From positions 32,762-96,761 of the forward strand of contig NIVC01002388.1 of the NCBI GenBank assembly GCA_002269645.1: a stretch of DNA of 64,000 nucleotides, in the 5' to 3' direction. The notes below the pieces were generated by a model. The model saw only the letters and a list, made by a program, of their open reading frames with translations. It was not told where the DNA came from and ran no database searches. The position numbers and the translations under genes are program-made. Numbering within the stretch: the first letter of the stretch is position 1; each line of letters begins with the position of its first letter. This document shows, piece after piece, positions 46,435 to 58,600 of the stretch. The DNA comes from Macrostomum lignano. Its lineage: Eukaryota.

Positions 46435-47280
46435 GCCGGCAGCTTCAAGGACTGCACCTACTCGGGCTACTGGATGTCCGGCCTGATGGAGGGCCAGGGC
46501 CGCCTGGTGTTCCCGAATCGCAGCTTCTTCATTGGCCACTTCGCTCGCAACAGGATGCACGGCCAAGGTGTGTTCACCACGCCGGCTCCGGCGTCCTCTG
46601 CGTCCTCTGAGCACCGTAGCAACGGTGCCGGCGTCCTTGGCAACGATAAATCCGAAGCTTCAGCGTCGGCTACGGCTGCCGATGCGGCGTCTGGCCCTGC
46701 GGCCGTAGAAGCTCTGGAAGAGATTCGCGAAGGCGCCTGGCGGGACAATGTACAGTGCGGCCGCGGCTCAGTCCGCTACGCCAACGGGGACGAGTACTTT
46801 GGCAACTTCCTTGACGGCCAGCGGGACGGCTTCGGCCACTTCCAGCAGTTCCTGGCCGGCCGCCTGGCCTGCACCTACATTGGCGAGTGGCGCCGGGACG
46901 TCCGGCACGGCTACGGAGTTGAGTACTCGGAGCGGACCGGGCAGCACTACTCAGGCTACTGGGCCAATAACTTGCGCCACGGCTGCGGCGTGCTGCTCAG
47001 TCTGGACGGCGCCTACAAGCGGGGCGGATTCGACCGGGGCGAGCTCACCGGGCCCGGCCTGGTGGTGCGCGGCCACTGCGGCGGCGGCGACTCTCCGCTG
47101 CTGTACGATGGCGAGCTGACGGCGGCCAGGCCGCAGGGCAAAGGCGTGCTGTACGCCGGCGGACTGGCTCTGACTGGCGCCTTCTCTGGCGACTTCGACG
47201 AATTGAAGTTCAATGGTACCGTCAGGCGGAGGGGCCGAAGCGGCGGCGATGCTGGCGGCGGTGGCGAGTCAGCTTTGACG
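46435..47280 (+). CDS. ALS2: Alsin, exon 5 (MORN repeats)
   Basis: acccag|GCC; [56 protein letters not shown]; donor ACG|GTACGG. Confidence 0.9.
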
Positions 47281-47295
47281 GTACGGGGGGGCTGC

Positions 47296-47655
47296 TCTCT
47301 GTCTGGCTGTCTGTGTATGTCTGGCTGTGTATGTCTCTGGCTGTCTGTCTGTGGTTGTCTGGCTGTGTATGTCTCTGGCTGTCTGTCTGTGGTTGTCTGG
47401 CTGTGTATGTCTCTGGCTGTCTGTCTGTGGTTGTCTGGCTGTGTATGTCTCTGGCTGTCTGTCTGTGGTTGTCTGGCTGTGTATGTCTCTGGCTGTCTGT
47501 GTATGTCTGGCTGTCTGTCTGTGGTTGTCTGGCTGTGTATGTCTCTGGCTGTCTGTGTATGTCTCTGGCTGTCTGTGTATGTCTGGCTGTCTGTCTGTGT
47601 ATGTCTGTCTGTCTGTCTGTCTGTATGTCTGTCTGTGTCTGTCTGTCTCTGTCTG

Positions 47656-47746
<91 letters not shown>

Positions 47747-47767
47747 GTCTGTCTGTCTGTCTGTCTG

Positions 47768-47802
<35 letters not shown>

Positions 47803-47875
47803 GTCTGTCTGTCTGTCTGTCTGTGTCTGTCTGTTTGTCTGTTTGTCTGTCTGTCTGTCTCTCTGTCAGTCTGTC
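47296..47875. repeat. CTGT/CTGG-based simple repeat in ALS2 intron 5
   Basis: Direct reading. Confidence 0.95.
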
Positions 47876-47898
47876 CAACGCACATTCGTTTCACTCAG

Positions 47899-48258
47899 CT
47901 GCCTGTCAAGCCTGTATCAAATTTTCCAAATCGCCAACGCCGGCTGCAGGCCGCCGCCGAGCGGTTCGTGCCGAGCCTGGCGGCCCTCCTCAAATCCGAG
48001 TGCGCAGCCCCGGCCGGCCAGCAGCAATTCTGCGTGCCAGCTGACGACAAATGGGCGGCGCTGTTCGCCGAATGCCGCGACCTGCTGTGGCGCGGCAGCT
48101 CCGGCGCCGGCGCTGATGATTCGCCGGAGGATCGGGCGCGCGTAGCTTGGCGCAACGTGGCCATTGCGATCGCGGCGCAGGCAGAGATGGGCGCCACCGG
48201 GGCGCCAAGGCACCACGCCGAGCTGGAGGCGCTGCAACGGATTCCCGACCCGGAGCAG
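47899..48258 (+). CDS. ALS2: Alsin, exon 6 (alternative in-frame acceptor at 47950)
   Basis: [15 protein letters not shown] matches the alsin VPADEKW..VF.EC motif as I recall it; donor CAG|GTGCGT. Confidence 0.8.
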
Positions 48259-48300
48259 GTGCGTCAAGTCTCTTGCTGGTGGTACTTTAGGTGGTACTGA

Positions 48301-48452
48301 AAGGCACAGAAAGTGTACATGATTAGAAAGTCGGGGCCGCTGTACACCCTGAGTGAGCGCCTGCGCACAGCATAGCGCAATTGGCAGAAATGCCTCGGCG
48401 CTTGTCGTGTGGGACTATTTCGCCGAAGGCGTTGCGCTAGGGAATACACACA
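48301..48452 (+). mobile_element. Headless SINE body, copy 3, in ALS2 intron 6
   Basis: aaggcacagaaagtgtacatg..ggggccgctgtacac..gcctgcgcac..ggcagaaatgcctcggcgct aligns by eye with copies 1 and 2. Confidence 0.65.
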
Positions 48453-48561
48453 TTTAGGGTAGGGCCTCTTACCTTCCCAGGTCCTCAGGTAGCTAGGTTT
48501 CGGTACCGTCTGTAAGATTACAGGCACAGCCTCTATTCCCCATCGCGCACTAATCGATCAG

Positions 48562-49017
48562 GCCCTCACCCTGGAGAGCCTGGAGCGCATCAAGGACTAT
48601 CTTGGCAGGGCGTTCGCCTGCCGGGCCCACCCGCTGGGCGACCTTATGGCCTCCCTGGTGCGGGCATTCGACCTGGGCTACACCAACTGCGCCGCCCACC
48701 CGCTCATGCTGCTGCACGCTCGCGAGGAGGTCCAGTCCATTGTGTCCCGGCTCTACCAGCTGGTACGGGCTCTGTTCCCCTGTCTGCCGCTGGAGCACCA
48801 GCTTGTGGAAATCTACCCGGCTGCTCATCAGTTCGGCGTTGATGCAATCAAACAGCTCGGCGACGTGCGCGTTATTGACGAGGGTCACGTGACGGCTAGC
48901 TATCAGTTCTTGTCCGACAATTTTCTGAGAAGCTTCTTTTTACCACTGGTGTTTCCTACGCTGTTTAATCTGTACGTTCTGGCCGGCGCCAAGGAGAAGG
49001 ACTACTATTTGCGGAAG
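48562..49017 (+). CDS. ALS2: Alsin, exon 7
   Basis: gatcag|GCC; LERIKDYLGRAF..RAHPLGDL; FFLPLVFPTLFNLY; donor AAG|GTGAGG. Confidence 0.87.
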
Positions 49018-49051
49018 GTGAGGCTCTTGAAGCTTGCTTTCGCTTGCCGCT

Positions 49052-49400
49052 ATCATCTCTGCTCTCATCTCTGCTCTCATTCCCGCTCTCATATCTGCTC
49101 TCATCTCAGCTCTCATTTCCGCTCTCATTTCCGCTCTCATCTCCGCTCTCATTCCCACTCTCATCATTCTCACCTCTGCTCTCATTCCCACTCTCATCTC
49201 CACTCTCATTCCCACTCTCATCTCCACTCTCATTCCCACTCTCATCTCCACTCTCATTCCCACTCTCATCTCCACTCTCATTCCCACTCTCATCTCCACT
49301 CTCATTCCCACTCTCATCTCCACTCTCATTCCCACTCTCATCTCCGCTCTTATTTATATTCTCATTTCTGCTTTCATCTCACTTCTGATCTGTTCTCTCA
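49052..49400. repeat. 18-bp pyrimidine-rich repeat CACTCTCATTCCCACTCTCATCTC-type in ALS2 intron 7
   Basis: Direct reading; translates in frame as (HSHSHL)n. Confidence 0.9.
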
Positions 49401-49431
49401 TCTTAAGTCCACTCCCACGCCACTGCCGCAG

Positions 49432-49893
49432 GTGACCCGCCTGGATGCCCTCAACGACCTGGCTCTGTTCTGCTCCCTCGGCGTGCCGGACTCGCTGCAG
49501 CTGCTGGACGCTGAGGCCGATGGAGAGCAGCAGGCGGAGCGCCGCAGTCTCCGGCACAGCTGCCGCTACATGCCCGCCGTACGCCGCCTGCGCGAAATCA
49601 GCACCTGCTATTCTCCCAGCCAGAAGATGACAGTGGTGTGCGACTGCATCGACCTCATGGTGCAGGCCGTGTCGCAGTACTCTCAGGAAGGCGACTCCTC
49701 TCGTCTGGGCTCGGACGGCCTGCTGCCGCTCATCATCTACATGCTGGTACGGGCTCACATTGCCGACCTGGGCGCCGAGCTCGCTTTTATCTACGATCAT
49801 TTCACTAGCGACGGCCGGAACACCTTCATTCTGACCAAACTGGTTATCGCTTTTCTCACCCTGCTTGAGCAGGACAACTCGCTGCAGCTGTGA
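49432..49893 (+). CDS. ALS2: Alsin, exon 8 (VPS9 Rab5-GEF domain, terminal)
   Basis: gccgcag|GTG; LREISTCYSPSQKM, GSDGLLPLIIYMLVRAHIADLGAEL. Eight exons total 5394 nt, 1797 aa. Confidence 0.9.
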   Translation: MTRLDALNDLALFCSLGVPDSLQLLDAEADGEQQAERRSLRHSCRYMPAVRRLREISTCYSPSQKMTVVCDCIDLMVQAVSQYSQEGDSSRLGSDGLLPLIIYMLVRAHIADLGAELAFIYDHFTSDGRNTFILTKLVIAFLTLLEQDNSLQL

Positions 49894-50020
49894 GGCCTCA
49901 CTGGGCTCTTTGATGACCGAACGTTTCGCGGAAAAGTATTATTTGTGTCTGTCTGGATGTCTACTTTTAAACTTTGTGTCCAGTTTGTCCGTCTATTATA
50001 CAGTGCATCGGTATCTTATT

Positions 50021-50430
50021 TGTGTCCATAGCCCAGAATTTGTGTCTGCCTCTTTATCGTTTGTGTCCATAGCCCAGAATTTGTGTCTGCCTCTTATCGT
50101 TTGTGTCCATAGCCCAGAATTTGTGTCTGTCTCTTATCATTTGTGTCCATAGCCCAGAATTTGTGTCTGCCTCTTATCATTTGTGTCCGAAGCCCAGAAT
50201 TTGTGTCTGCCTCTTTATCATTTGTGTCCATAGCCCAGAATTTGTGTCTGTCTCTTATCATTTGTGTCCATAGCCCAGAATTTGTGTCTGCCTCTTATCG
50301 TTTGTGTCCGTAGCCCAAAATTTGTGTCTGCCTCTTATCGTTTGTGTCCATAGCCCAGAATTTGTGTCTGCCTCTTATCATTTGTGTCCGAAGCCCAGAA
50401 TTTGTGTCTGTCTCTAATAAGATTTGTGTC
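50021..50430. repeat. 40-bp minisatellite (two 20-bp halves each starting TTGTGTC) downstream of ALS2
   Basis: TTGTGTCCATAGCCCAGAAT-TTGTGTCTGCCTCTTATC(A/G)T, about 9 units. Confidence 0.92.
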
Positions 50431-51683
50431 CCCTTGTCGGAATATCTTTTTTTCTATCCGCTTCTATTTAATATTTGTGTCTCGCCCATCTCCCATAGAA
50501 TGTGTCCATCACTCTCCTTAGTTCCCTAAGCTACAACTGTTCTTTACGCTCGCTCCGTCACTCAGTGTGCAATCCGATAAATGCATTGGGTTTTTTGTTT
50601 AAAAATTGAAGTCAGCGCACCTGCTTAACTGCCTACAGTCCAACGCATAATCAAAACGGGCTTATATATAAATCAACAAAAATATTCGTGTCTAATTCAC
50701 TATTTTGTCACATATAATTAAGCATATTGTGCGTAATTTCGTCTGCTCGTCTTTCAGTGTTATATTATTCGATACAATTTTAATTTGTTATAAGTCGACA
50801 AAGTTTTCAATGGCGAATTTTAATTGGCTGCAACAGTTGGTTTTGTGCCCGCCCTATCCGATAATTCAGTTCGCTTAAGCGCTGTTGTTGTCTTTGATGT
50901 TTTTTTAATCATAATTTAATACATTATTTCCCCTTTACACTACTGACAGGTCTTACTCAAGTAGAAACGTTCGCGTATTTTTGTAACTTATTTTTACACA
51001 ATATTGGATTTTGTGTTTTTGTTTTAGCGAGTTATTCGTACTGATGAGAGAAGTGAATTCTGTTTCCCATTTATTATTTCTGCTACTCTCTGATGATTTG
51101 GCTGTCCGCTTATGCTTATGAAAGTAGTTGGCTTTGCTTCTTCTTTTATTTTTATTTCTGCAGCGCCTGTAAGTGATGACAGCTGGGTACTCTATAAATA
51201 GTCTACTTAGACTACTTAGTTTAAGTAGGATAAAGCATGGCTTATTAGATAGTGAGATAGCTCTGGCTCCGAGAATGAACATTCTTTATGCGGTAATTTA
51301 ATTTTTCTTGGCAAATCATTTATGACCTCTCTCAGATAAAATTAACAACTATAAAATCTATACAATCAAGATTTAATTTTAGATTTACCTTCTTGTTATT
51401 TTAACTAACCGATATCTGTGTTGTTTGTTTGTTACAATTTTCTTCATTGTGTCGTCGAGGAGCTTTTTGATATTCATTTAATACTAATAATTTTTATTTG
51501 GATAATTGCAACGATTGCAGACCCCCCCGCTATGTTAACTGCCCTCTGCTTGCCTCCTAATTAGCGGCTCAGCGTCTTTTCAGCCCCACAGTTCATTCCC
51601 TGTCTGTGCACCAGTGCAACTGTTATTTGAATTTATCATTCACTCAAAAACTTGTCTCTCCGCTTGTCCTGTCTTCTGTCGGC

Positions 51684-51935
51684 ACCCACTGGGAAAAAAT
51701 TGCGACCACAGGCTGACGACAAGTTGACGACAAGTCACCCTGTCGTCGCCATTGGCAGTCGACCAATCAGAGGCCGATAGAAAGCAGGCAGCGAAGCAGA
51801 TTTGGTAGCGCGCATTTGCACGATACTACTGAGTTGAACAAATCATACTTATTTCTGTAAATCGATAGTAAATCGACAAGGCTGTCGTCTCTAAACTGTC
51901 GTGGCTGGTCGTCACTGCAATTTTTCCCAGCGGGT
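51684..51935. mobile_element. MITE-like element of about 250 bp
   Basis: acccactgggaaaaaattgc at the left end versus gcaatttttcccagcgggt at the right end; internal gacgac/gtcgtc inverted motifs. Confidence 0.65.
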
Positions 51936-52223
51936 ATCTAGAAAAGGTTTTCACCTTTACTGTGCAAATTTAAACAGCTAATTAAAATGAATAACAAATA
52001 TACCGATTATATAATTATCTAAGCAGTAAAATGCAAAGCTTCTGTGTGTTTTACTTCTATTCTGACGAAAATTATTGCGTGGCGTATTTTATTACTTTCA
52101 ATAGTGCACTGAAAATATTCTATTTAAAGTGTATTTGGCCGAAGTTTATTGAAAAGTATTAGTTTTTTATATTACTGCCAGTAGCATGTAGCTAAACTAG
52201 ATTTATTGCTTTACCCTTCATGC

Positions 52224-52601
52224 ATGTCCGCGCCGGAGCCCGAACCTGACAGTGCCGACGAGGCTCCAGCCGAGTACAGCAGCAAGTCGCGCAAGGCGCT
52301 GCACCGGCTGACCCCGGCGCTGGCCGAACTCGCCAAAACGGCGCCTAAGCGTAGCGCGCCGCGCGATCCGCGCCACGACCCGCTGGTCAACGGCCGGTGC
52401 GTGCCGGCCGCCTGGGACTTCTTGCGCGAGGAGCGCCGTAGGGAGGCCAACAGGCTGGAGAAGTGGCTGAAGCGGCGCGACGGCAGCGGCGGCGGGCGGC
52501 ACCAGCCCCTGTCGGAGGAGGAGCGCGAGCGGGCCAAGAGTCTGCTGCTCAGGCTGCGTCAGCTGGAGCGGCGGGAGCAGCTGCGGGACTCGCGGCGTCA
52601 G
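52224..52601 (+). CDS. RRP36: Ribosomal RNA processing protein 36 homologue, exon 1 (rest lies beyond the window)
   Basis: PAEYSSK, RDPRHDPL, WDFLREERRRE, EERERAKSLLLRL resemble the RRP36/DUF947 pattern (E.S.K, RDPRFD, Y.FL...R..E); donor CAG|GTGGGA, phase 0. Confidence 0.72.
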
Positions 52602-52671
52602 GTGGGAAATTTACCGTATAGTCTGTCTTAATCTGCATTTTATGACATACCTGTCCATCTCCCTCTCCCAA

Positions 52672-55600
52672 TTTTCCCCCCAATGCAGTGTGTTCCCCTC
52701 CCCAATGCAGTGTGTTTCCCCTCCCCAATGCAGTGTGTTTCCCCTCCCCAATGCAGTGTGTTTCCCCTCCCCAATGCAGTGTGTTTCCCCTCCCCAATGC
52801 AGTGTGTTTCCCCTCCCCAATGCAGTGTGTTTCCCCTCCCCAATGCAGTGTGTTTCCCCTCCCCAATGCAGTGTGTTTCCCCTCCCAATGCAGTGTGTTT
52901 CCCCTCCCCAATGCAGTGTGTTTCCCCTCCCCAATGCAGTGTGTTTCCCCTCCCCAATGCAGTGTGTTTCCCCTCCCCAATGCAGTGTGTTTCCCCTCCC
53001 CAATGCAGTGTGTTTCCCCTCCCCAATGCAGTGTGTTTCCCCTCCCAATGCAGTGTGTTTCCCCTCCCCAATGCAGTGTGTTTCCCCTCCCCAATGCAGT
53101 GTGTTTCCCCTCCCCAATGCAGTGTGTTTCCCCTCCCCAATGTAGTGTGTTTCCCCTCCCCAATGCAGTGTGTTTCCCCTCCCCAATGCAGTGTGTTTCC
53201 CCTCCCCAATGCAGTGTGTTTCCCCTCCCCAATGCAGTGCCACCTCCCCAATGCAGTGTGTTCCCCTCCCCAATGCAGTGTGTTTCCCCTCCCCAATGCA
53301 GTGCCACCTCCCCAATGCAGTGTGTTTCCCCTCCCCAATGCAGTGTGTTTCCCCTCCCCAATGCAGTGTGTTTCCCCTCCCCAATGCAGTGTGTTTCCCC
53401 TCCCCAATGCAGTGTGTTTCCCCTCCCCAATGCAGTGCCACCTCCCCAATGCAGTGTTTTTCCCCTCCCAATGCAGTGTGTTTCCCCTCCCCAATGCAGT
53501 GTGTTTCCCCTCCCCAATGCAGTGTGTTTCTCCTCCCCAATGCAGTGTGTTTCCCCTCCCCAATGCAGTGTGTTTCCCCTCCCCAATGCAGTGTGTTTCC
53601 CCTCCCCAATGTAGTGTGTTTCTCCTCCCCAATGCAGTGTGTTTCCCCTCCCAATGCAGTGTGTTTCCCCTCCCCAATGCAGTGTGTTTCCCCTCCCCAA
53701 TGCAGTGTGTTTCCCCTCCCAATGCAGTGTGTTTCCCCTCCCCAATGCAGTGTGTTTCCCCTCCCCAATGCAGTGTGTTTCCCCTCCCCAATGTAGTGTG
53801 TTTCTCCTCCCCAATGCAGTGTGTTTCCCCTCCCCAATGCAGTGTGTTTCCCCTCCCCAATGCAGTGTGTTTCCCCTCCCCAATGCAGTGTGTTTCCCCT
53901 CCCCAATGCAGTGTGTTTCCCCTCCCCAATGCAGTGTGTTTCCCCTCCCCAATGCAGTGTGTTTCCCCTCCCCAATGCAGTGTGTTTCCCCTCCCAATGC
54001 AGTGTGTTTCCCCTCCCCAATGCAGTGCCACCTCCCCAATGCAGTGTGTTTCCCCTCCCCAATGCAGTGTGTTTCCCCTCCCCAATGCAGTGCCACCTCC
54101 CCAATGCAGTGTTTTTCCCCTCCCAATGCAGTGTGTTTACCCTCCCCAATGCAGTGTGTTTCCCCTCCCCAATGCAGTGCCACCTCCCCAATGCAGTGTG
54201 TTTCCCCTCCCCAATGCAGTGTGTTTCCCTCCCCAATGCAGTGTGTTTCCCCTCCCCAATGCAGTGTGTTTCCCCTCCCAATGCAGTGTGTTTCCCCTCC
54301 CAAATGCAGTGTGTTTCCCCTCCCCAATGCAGTGTGTTTCCCCTCCCCAATGGTGTGTGTTTCCCCTCCCCAATGCAGTGTGTTTCCCCTCCCAATGCAG
54401 TGTGTTTCCCCTCCCCAATGCAGTGTGTTTCCCCTCCCCAATGCAGTGTGTTTCCCCTCCCCAATGGTGTGTGTTTCCCCTCCCCAATGCAGTGTGTTTC
54501 CCCTCCCCAATGCAGTGTGTTTCCCCTCCCCAATGCAGTGTGTTTCCCCTCCCCAATGCAGTGTGTTTCCCCTCCCCAATGCAGTGTGTTTCCCCTCCCC
54601 AATGCAGTGTGTTTCCCCTCCCCAATGCAGTGCCACCTCCCAATGCAGTGTGTTTCCCCTCCCAATGCAGTGTGTTTCCCCTCCCCAATGCAGTGTGTTT
54701 CCCCTCCCCAATGCAGTGCCCCTCCCCAATGCAGTGTGTTTCCCCTCCCCAATGCAGTGTGTTTCCCCTCCCCAATGCAGTGTGTTTCCCCTCCCCAATG
54801 CAGTGTGTTTCCCCTCCCCAATGCAGTGTGTTTCCCCTCCCCAATGCAGTGTGTTTCCCCTCCCCAATGCAGTGTGTTTCCCCTCCCCAATGCAGTGTGT
54901 TTCCCCTCCCAATGCAGTGTGTTTCCCCTCCCCAATGCAGTGTGTTTCCCCTCCCCAATGCAGTGTGTTTCCCCTCCCCAATGCAGTGTGTTTCCCCTCC
55001 CCAATGCAGTGTGTTTCCCCTCCCCAATGCAGTGTGTTTCCCCTCCCCAATGCAGTGTGTTTCCCCTCCCCAATGCAGTGTGTTTCCCCTCCCCAATGCA
55101 GTGTGTTTCCCCTCCCCAATGCAGTGTGTTTCCCCTCCCAATGCAGTGTGTTTCCCCTCCCCAATGCAGTGTGTTTCCCTCCCCAATGCAGTGTGTTTCC
55201 CCTCCCCAATGCAGTGTGTTTCCCCTCCCAATGCAGTGTGTTTCCCTCCCCAATGCAGTGTGTTTCCCCTCCCCAATGCAGTGTGTTTCCCCTCCCAATG
55301 CAGTGTGTTTCCCCTCCCCAATGCAGTGTGTTTCCCCTCCCAATGCAGTGTGTTTCCCCTCCCCAATGCAGTGTGTTTCCCCTCCCCAATGCAGTGTGTT
55401 CCCCTCCCCAATGCAGTGTGTTTCCCCTCCCCAATGCAGTGTGTTTCCCCTCCCCAATGCAGTGTGTTTCCCCTCCCCAATGCAGTGTGTTTCCCCTCCC
55501 CAATGCAGTGTGTTTCCCTCCCCAATGCAGTGTGTTTCCCCTCCCCAATGCAGTGTGTTTCCCCTCCCCAATGCAGTGTGTTTCCCCTCCCCAATGCAGT

Positions 55601-58600
55601 GTGTTTCCCCTCCCAATGCAGTGTGTTTCCCCTCCCCAATGCAGTGTGTTTCCCCTCCCCAATGCAGTGTGTTTCCCCTCCCCAATGCAGTGTGTTTCCC
55701 CTCCCCAATGCAGTGTGTTTCCCTCCCCAATGCAGTGTGTTTCCCCTCCCCAATGCAGTGTGTTTCCCCTCCCCAATGCAGTGTGTTTCCCCTCCCCAAT
55801 GCAGTGTGTTTCCCCTCCCCAATGCAGTGTGTTTCCCCTCCCCAATGCAGTGTGTTTCCCCTCCCCAATGCAGTGTGTTTCCCCTCCCCAATGCAGTGTG
55901 TTTCCCCTCCCAATGCAGTGTGTTTCCCCTCCCCAATGCAGTGCCAATGCAGTGTGCAGTGTGTTTCCCCTCCCCAATGCAGTGTGTTTCCCCTCCCCAA
56001 TGCAGTGCCCCTCCCCAATGCAGTGTGTTTCCCCTCCCCAATGCAGTGTGTTTCCCCTCCCCAATGCAGTGCCACCTCCCCAATGCAGTGTTTTCCCCTC
56101 CCAATGCAGTGTGTTTCCCCTCCCCAATGCAGTGTGTTTCCCCTCCCCAATGCAGTGCCACCTCCCCAATGCAGTGTGTTTCCCCTCCCCAATGCAGTGT
56201 GTTTCCCTCCCCAATGCAGTGTGTTTCCCCTCCCCAATGCAGTGTGTTTCCCCTCCCAATGCAGTGTGTTTCCCCTCCCAATGCAGTGTGTTTCCCCTCC
56301 CCAATGCAGTGTGTTTCCCCTCCCAATGGTGTGTGTTTCCCCTCCCCAATGCAGTGTGTTTCCCCTCCCAATGCAGTGTGTTTCCCCTCCCCAATGCAGT
56401 GTGTTTCCCCTCCCCAATGCAGTGTGTTTCCCCTCCCCAATGGTGTGTGTTTCCCCTCCCCAATGCAGTGTGTTTCCCCTCCCCAATGCAGTGTGTTTCC
56501 CCTCCCCAATGCAGTGTGTTTCCCCTCCCCAATGCAGTGTGTTTCCCCTCCCCAATGCAGTGTGTTTCCCCTCCCCAATGCAGTGTGTTTCCCCTCCCCA
56601 ATGCAGTGCCCCTCCCAATGCAGTGTGTTTCCCCTCCCAATGCAGTGTGTTTCCCCTCCCCAATGCAGTGTGTTTCCCCTCCCCAATGCAGTGCCACCTC
56701 CCCAATGCAGTGTGTTTCCCCTCCCCAATGCAGTGTGTTTCCCCTCCCCAATGCAGTGTGTTTCCCCTCCCCAATGCAGTGTGTTTCCCCTCCCCAATGC
56801 AGTGTGTTTCCCCTCCCCAATGCAGTGTGTTTCCCCTCCCCAATGCAGTGTGTTTCCCCTCCCCAATGCAGTGTGTTTCCCCTCCCAATGCAGTGTGTTT
56901 CCCCTCCCCAATGCAGTGTGTTTCCCCTCCCCAATGCAGTGTGTTTCCCCTCCCCAATGCAGTGTGTTTCCCCTCCCCAATGCAGTGTGTTTCCCCTCCC
57001 CAATGCAGTGTGTTTCCCCTCCCCAATGCAGTGTGTTTCCCCTCCCCAATGCAGTGTGTTTCCCCTCCCAATGCAGTGTGTTTCCCCTCCCCAATGCAGT
57101 GTGTTTCCCCTCCCAATGCAGTGTGTTTCCCCTCCCCAATGCAGTGTGTTTCCCTCCCCAATGCAGTGTGTTTCCCCTCCCCAATGCAGTGTGTTTCCCC
57201 TCCCCAATGCAGTGTGTTTCCCTCCCCAATGCAGTGTGTTTCCCCTCCCCAATGCAGTGTGTTTCCCCTCCCCAATGCAGTGTGTTTCCCCTCCCCAATG
57301 CAGTGTGTTTCCCCTCCCCAATGCAGTGTGTTTCCCCTCCCCAATGCAGTGTGTTTCCCCTCCCCAATGCAGTGTGTTTCCCCTCCCCAATGCAGTGTGT
57401 TTCCCTCCCCAATGCAGTGTGTTTCCCCTCCCCAATGCAGTGTGTTTCCCCTCCCCAATGCAGTGTGTTTCCCCTCCCCAATGCAGTGTGTTTCCCCTCC
57501 CCAATGCAGTGTGTTTCCCCTCCCCAATGCAGTGTGTTTCCCCTCCCCAATGCAGTGTGTTTCCCCTCCCCAATGCAGTGTGTTTCCCCTCCCCAATGCA
57601 GTGTGTTTCCCCTCCCAATGCAGTGTGTTTCCCCTCCCCAATGCAGTGTGTTTCCCCTCCCCAATGCAGTGTGTTTCCCCTCCCCAATGCAGTGTGTTTC
57701 CCCTCCCCAATGCAGTGTGTTTCCCCTCCCAATGCAGTGTGTTTCCCCTCCCAATGCAGTGTGTTTCCCCTCCCCAATGCAGTGCCCCTCCCCAATGCAG
57801 TGTGTTTCCCCTCCCCAATGCAGTGTGTTTCCCCTCCCCAATGCAGTGCCCCTCCCCAATGCAGTGTTTTCCCCTCCCAATGCAGTGTGTTTCCCTCCCC
57901 AATGCAGTGTGTTTCCCCTCCCCAATGCAGTGCCCCTCCCCAATGCAGTGTGTTTCCCCTCCCCAATGCAGTGTGTTTCCCCTCCCCAATGCAGTGTGTT
58001 TCCCCTCCCAATGCAGTGTGTTTCCCCTCCCCAATGCAGTGTGTTTCCCCTCCCCAATGCAGTGTGTTTCCCCTCCCAATGCAGTGTGTTTCCCCTCCCC
58101 AATGCAGTGTGTTTCCCCTCCCCAATGCAGTGTGTTTCCCCTCCCCAATGCAGTGTGTTTCCCCTCCCAATGCAGTGTGTTTCCCCTCCCCAATGCAGTG
58201 TGTTTCCCCTCCCCAATGCAGTGTGTTTCCCCTCCCCAATGCAGTGTGTTTCCCCTCCCCAATGCAGTGTGTTTCCCCTCCCCAATGCAGTGTGTTTCCC
58301 CTCCCCAATGCAGTGTGTTTCCCCTCCCAATGCAGTGTGTTTCCCCTCCCCAATGCAGTGTGTTTCCCCTCCCCAATGCAGTGTGTTTCCCCTCCCCAAT
58401 GCAGTGTGTTTCCCCTCCCCAATGCAGTGTGTTTCCCCTCCCCAATGCAGTGTGTTTCCCCTCCCCAATGCAGTGTGTTTCCCCTCCCCAATGCAGTGTG
58501 TTTCCCCTCCCCAATGCAGTGTGTTTCCCCTCCCCAATGCAGTGTGTTTCCCCTCCCCAATGCAGTGTGTTTCCCCTCCCCAATGCAGTGTGTTTCCCCT

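Noticed and set aside
48259-48561. Hammerhead or HDV-like ribozyme in the SINE-filled intron
   Set aside because: No CTGANGA...GAAA core with flanking stems and no nested double pseudoknot that I could trace by eye; an Infernal scan would be needed.
2110-50430. Selection for repeat units that are multiples of three
   Set aside because: About 8 of 16 minisatellite units are 3n against about 5 expected; too few to be meaningful.
52195-52226. ATTTATTGC...GCATG upstream of RRP36, reminiscent of a spliced-leader 3' end as I remember it
   Set aside because: Short AT-rich match, interrupted, with no following GT donor or Sm site; not an SL RNA gene.
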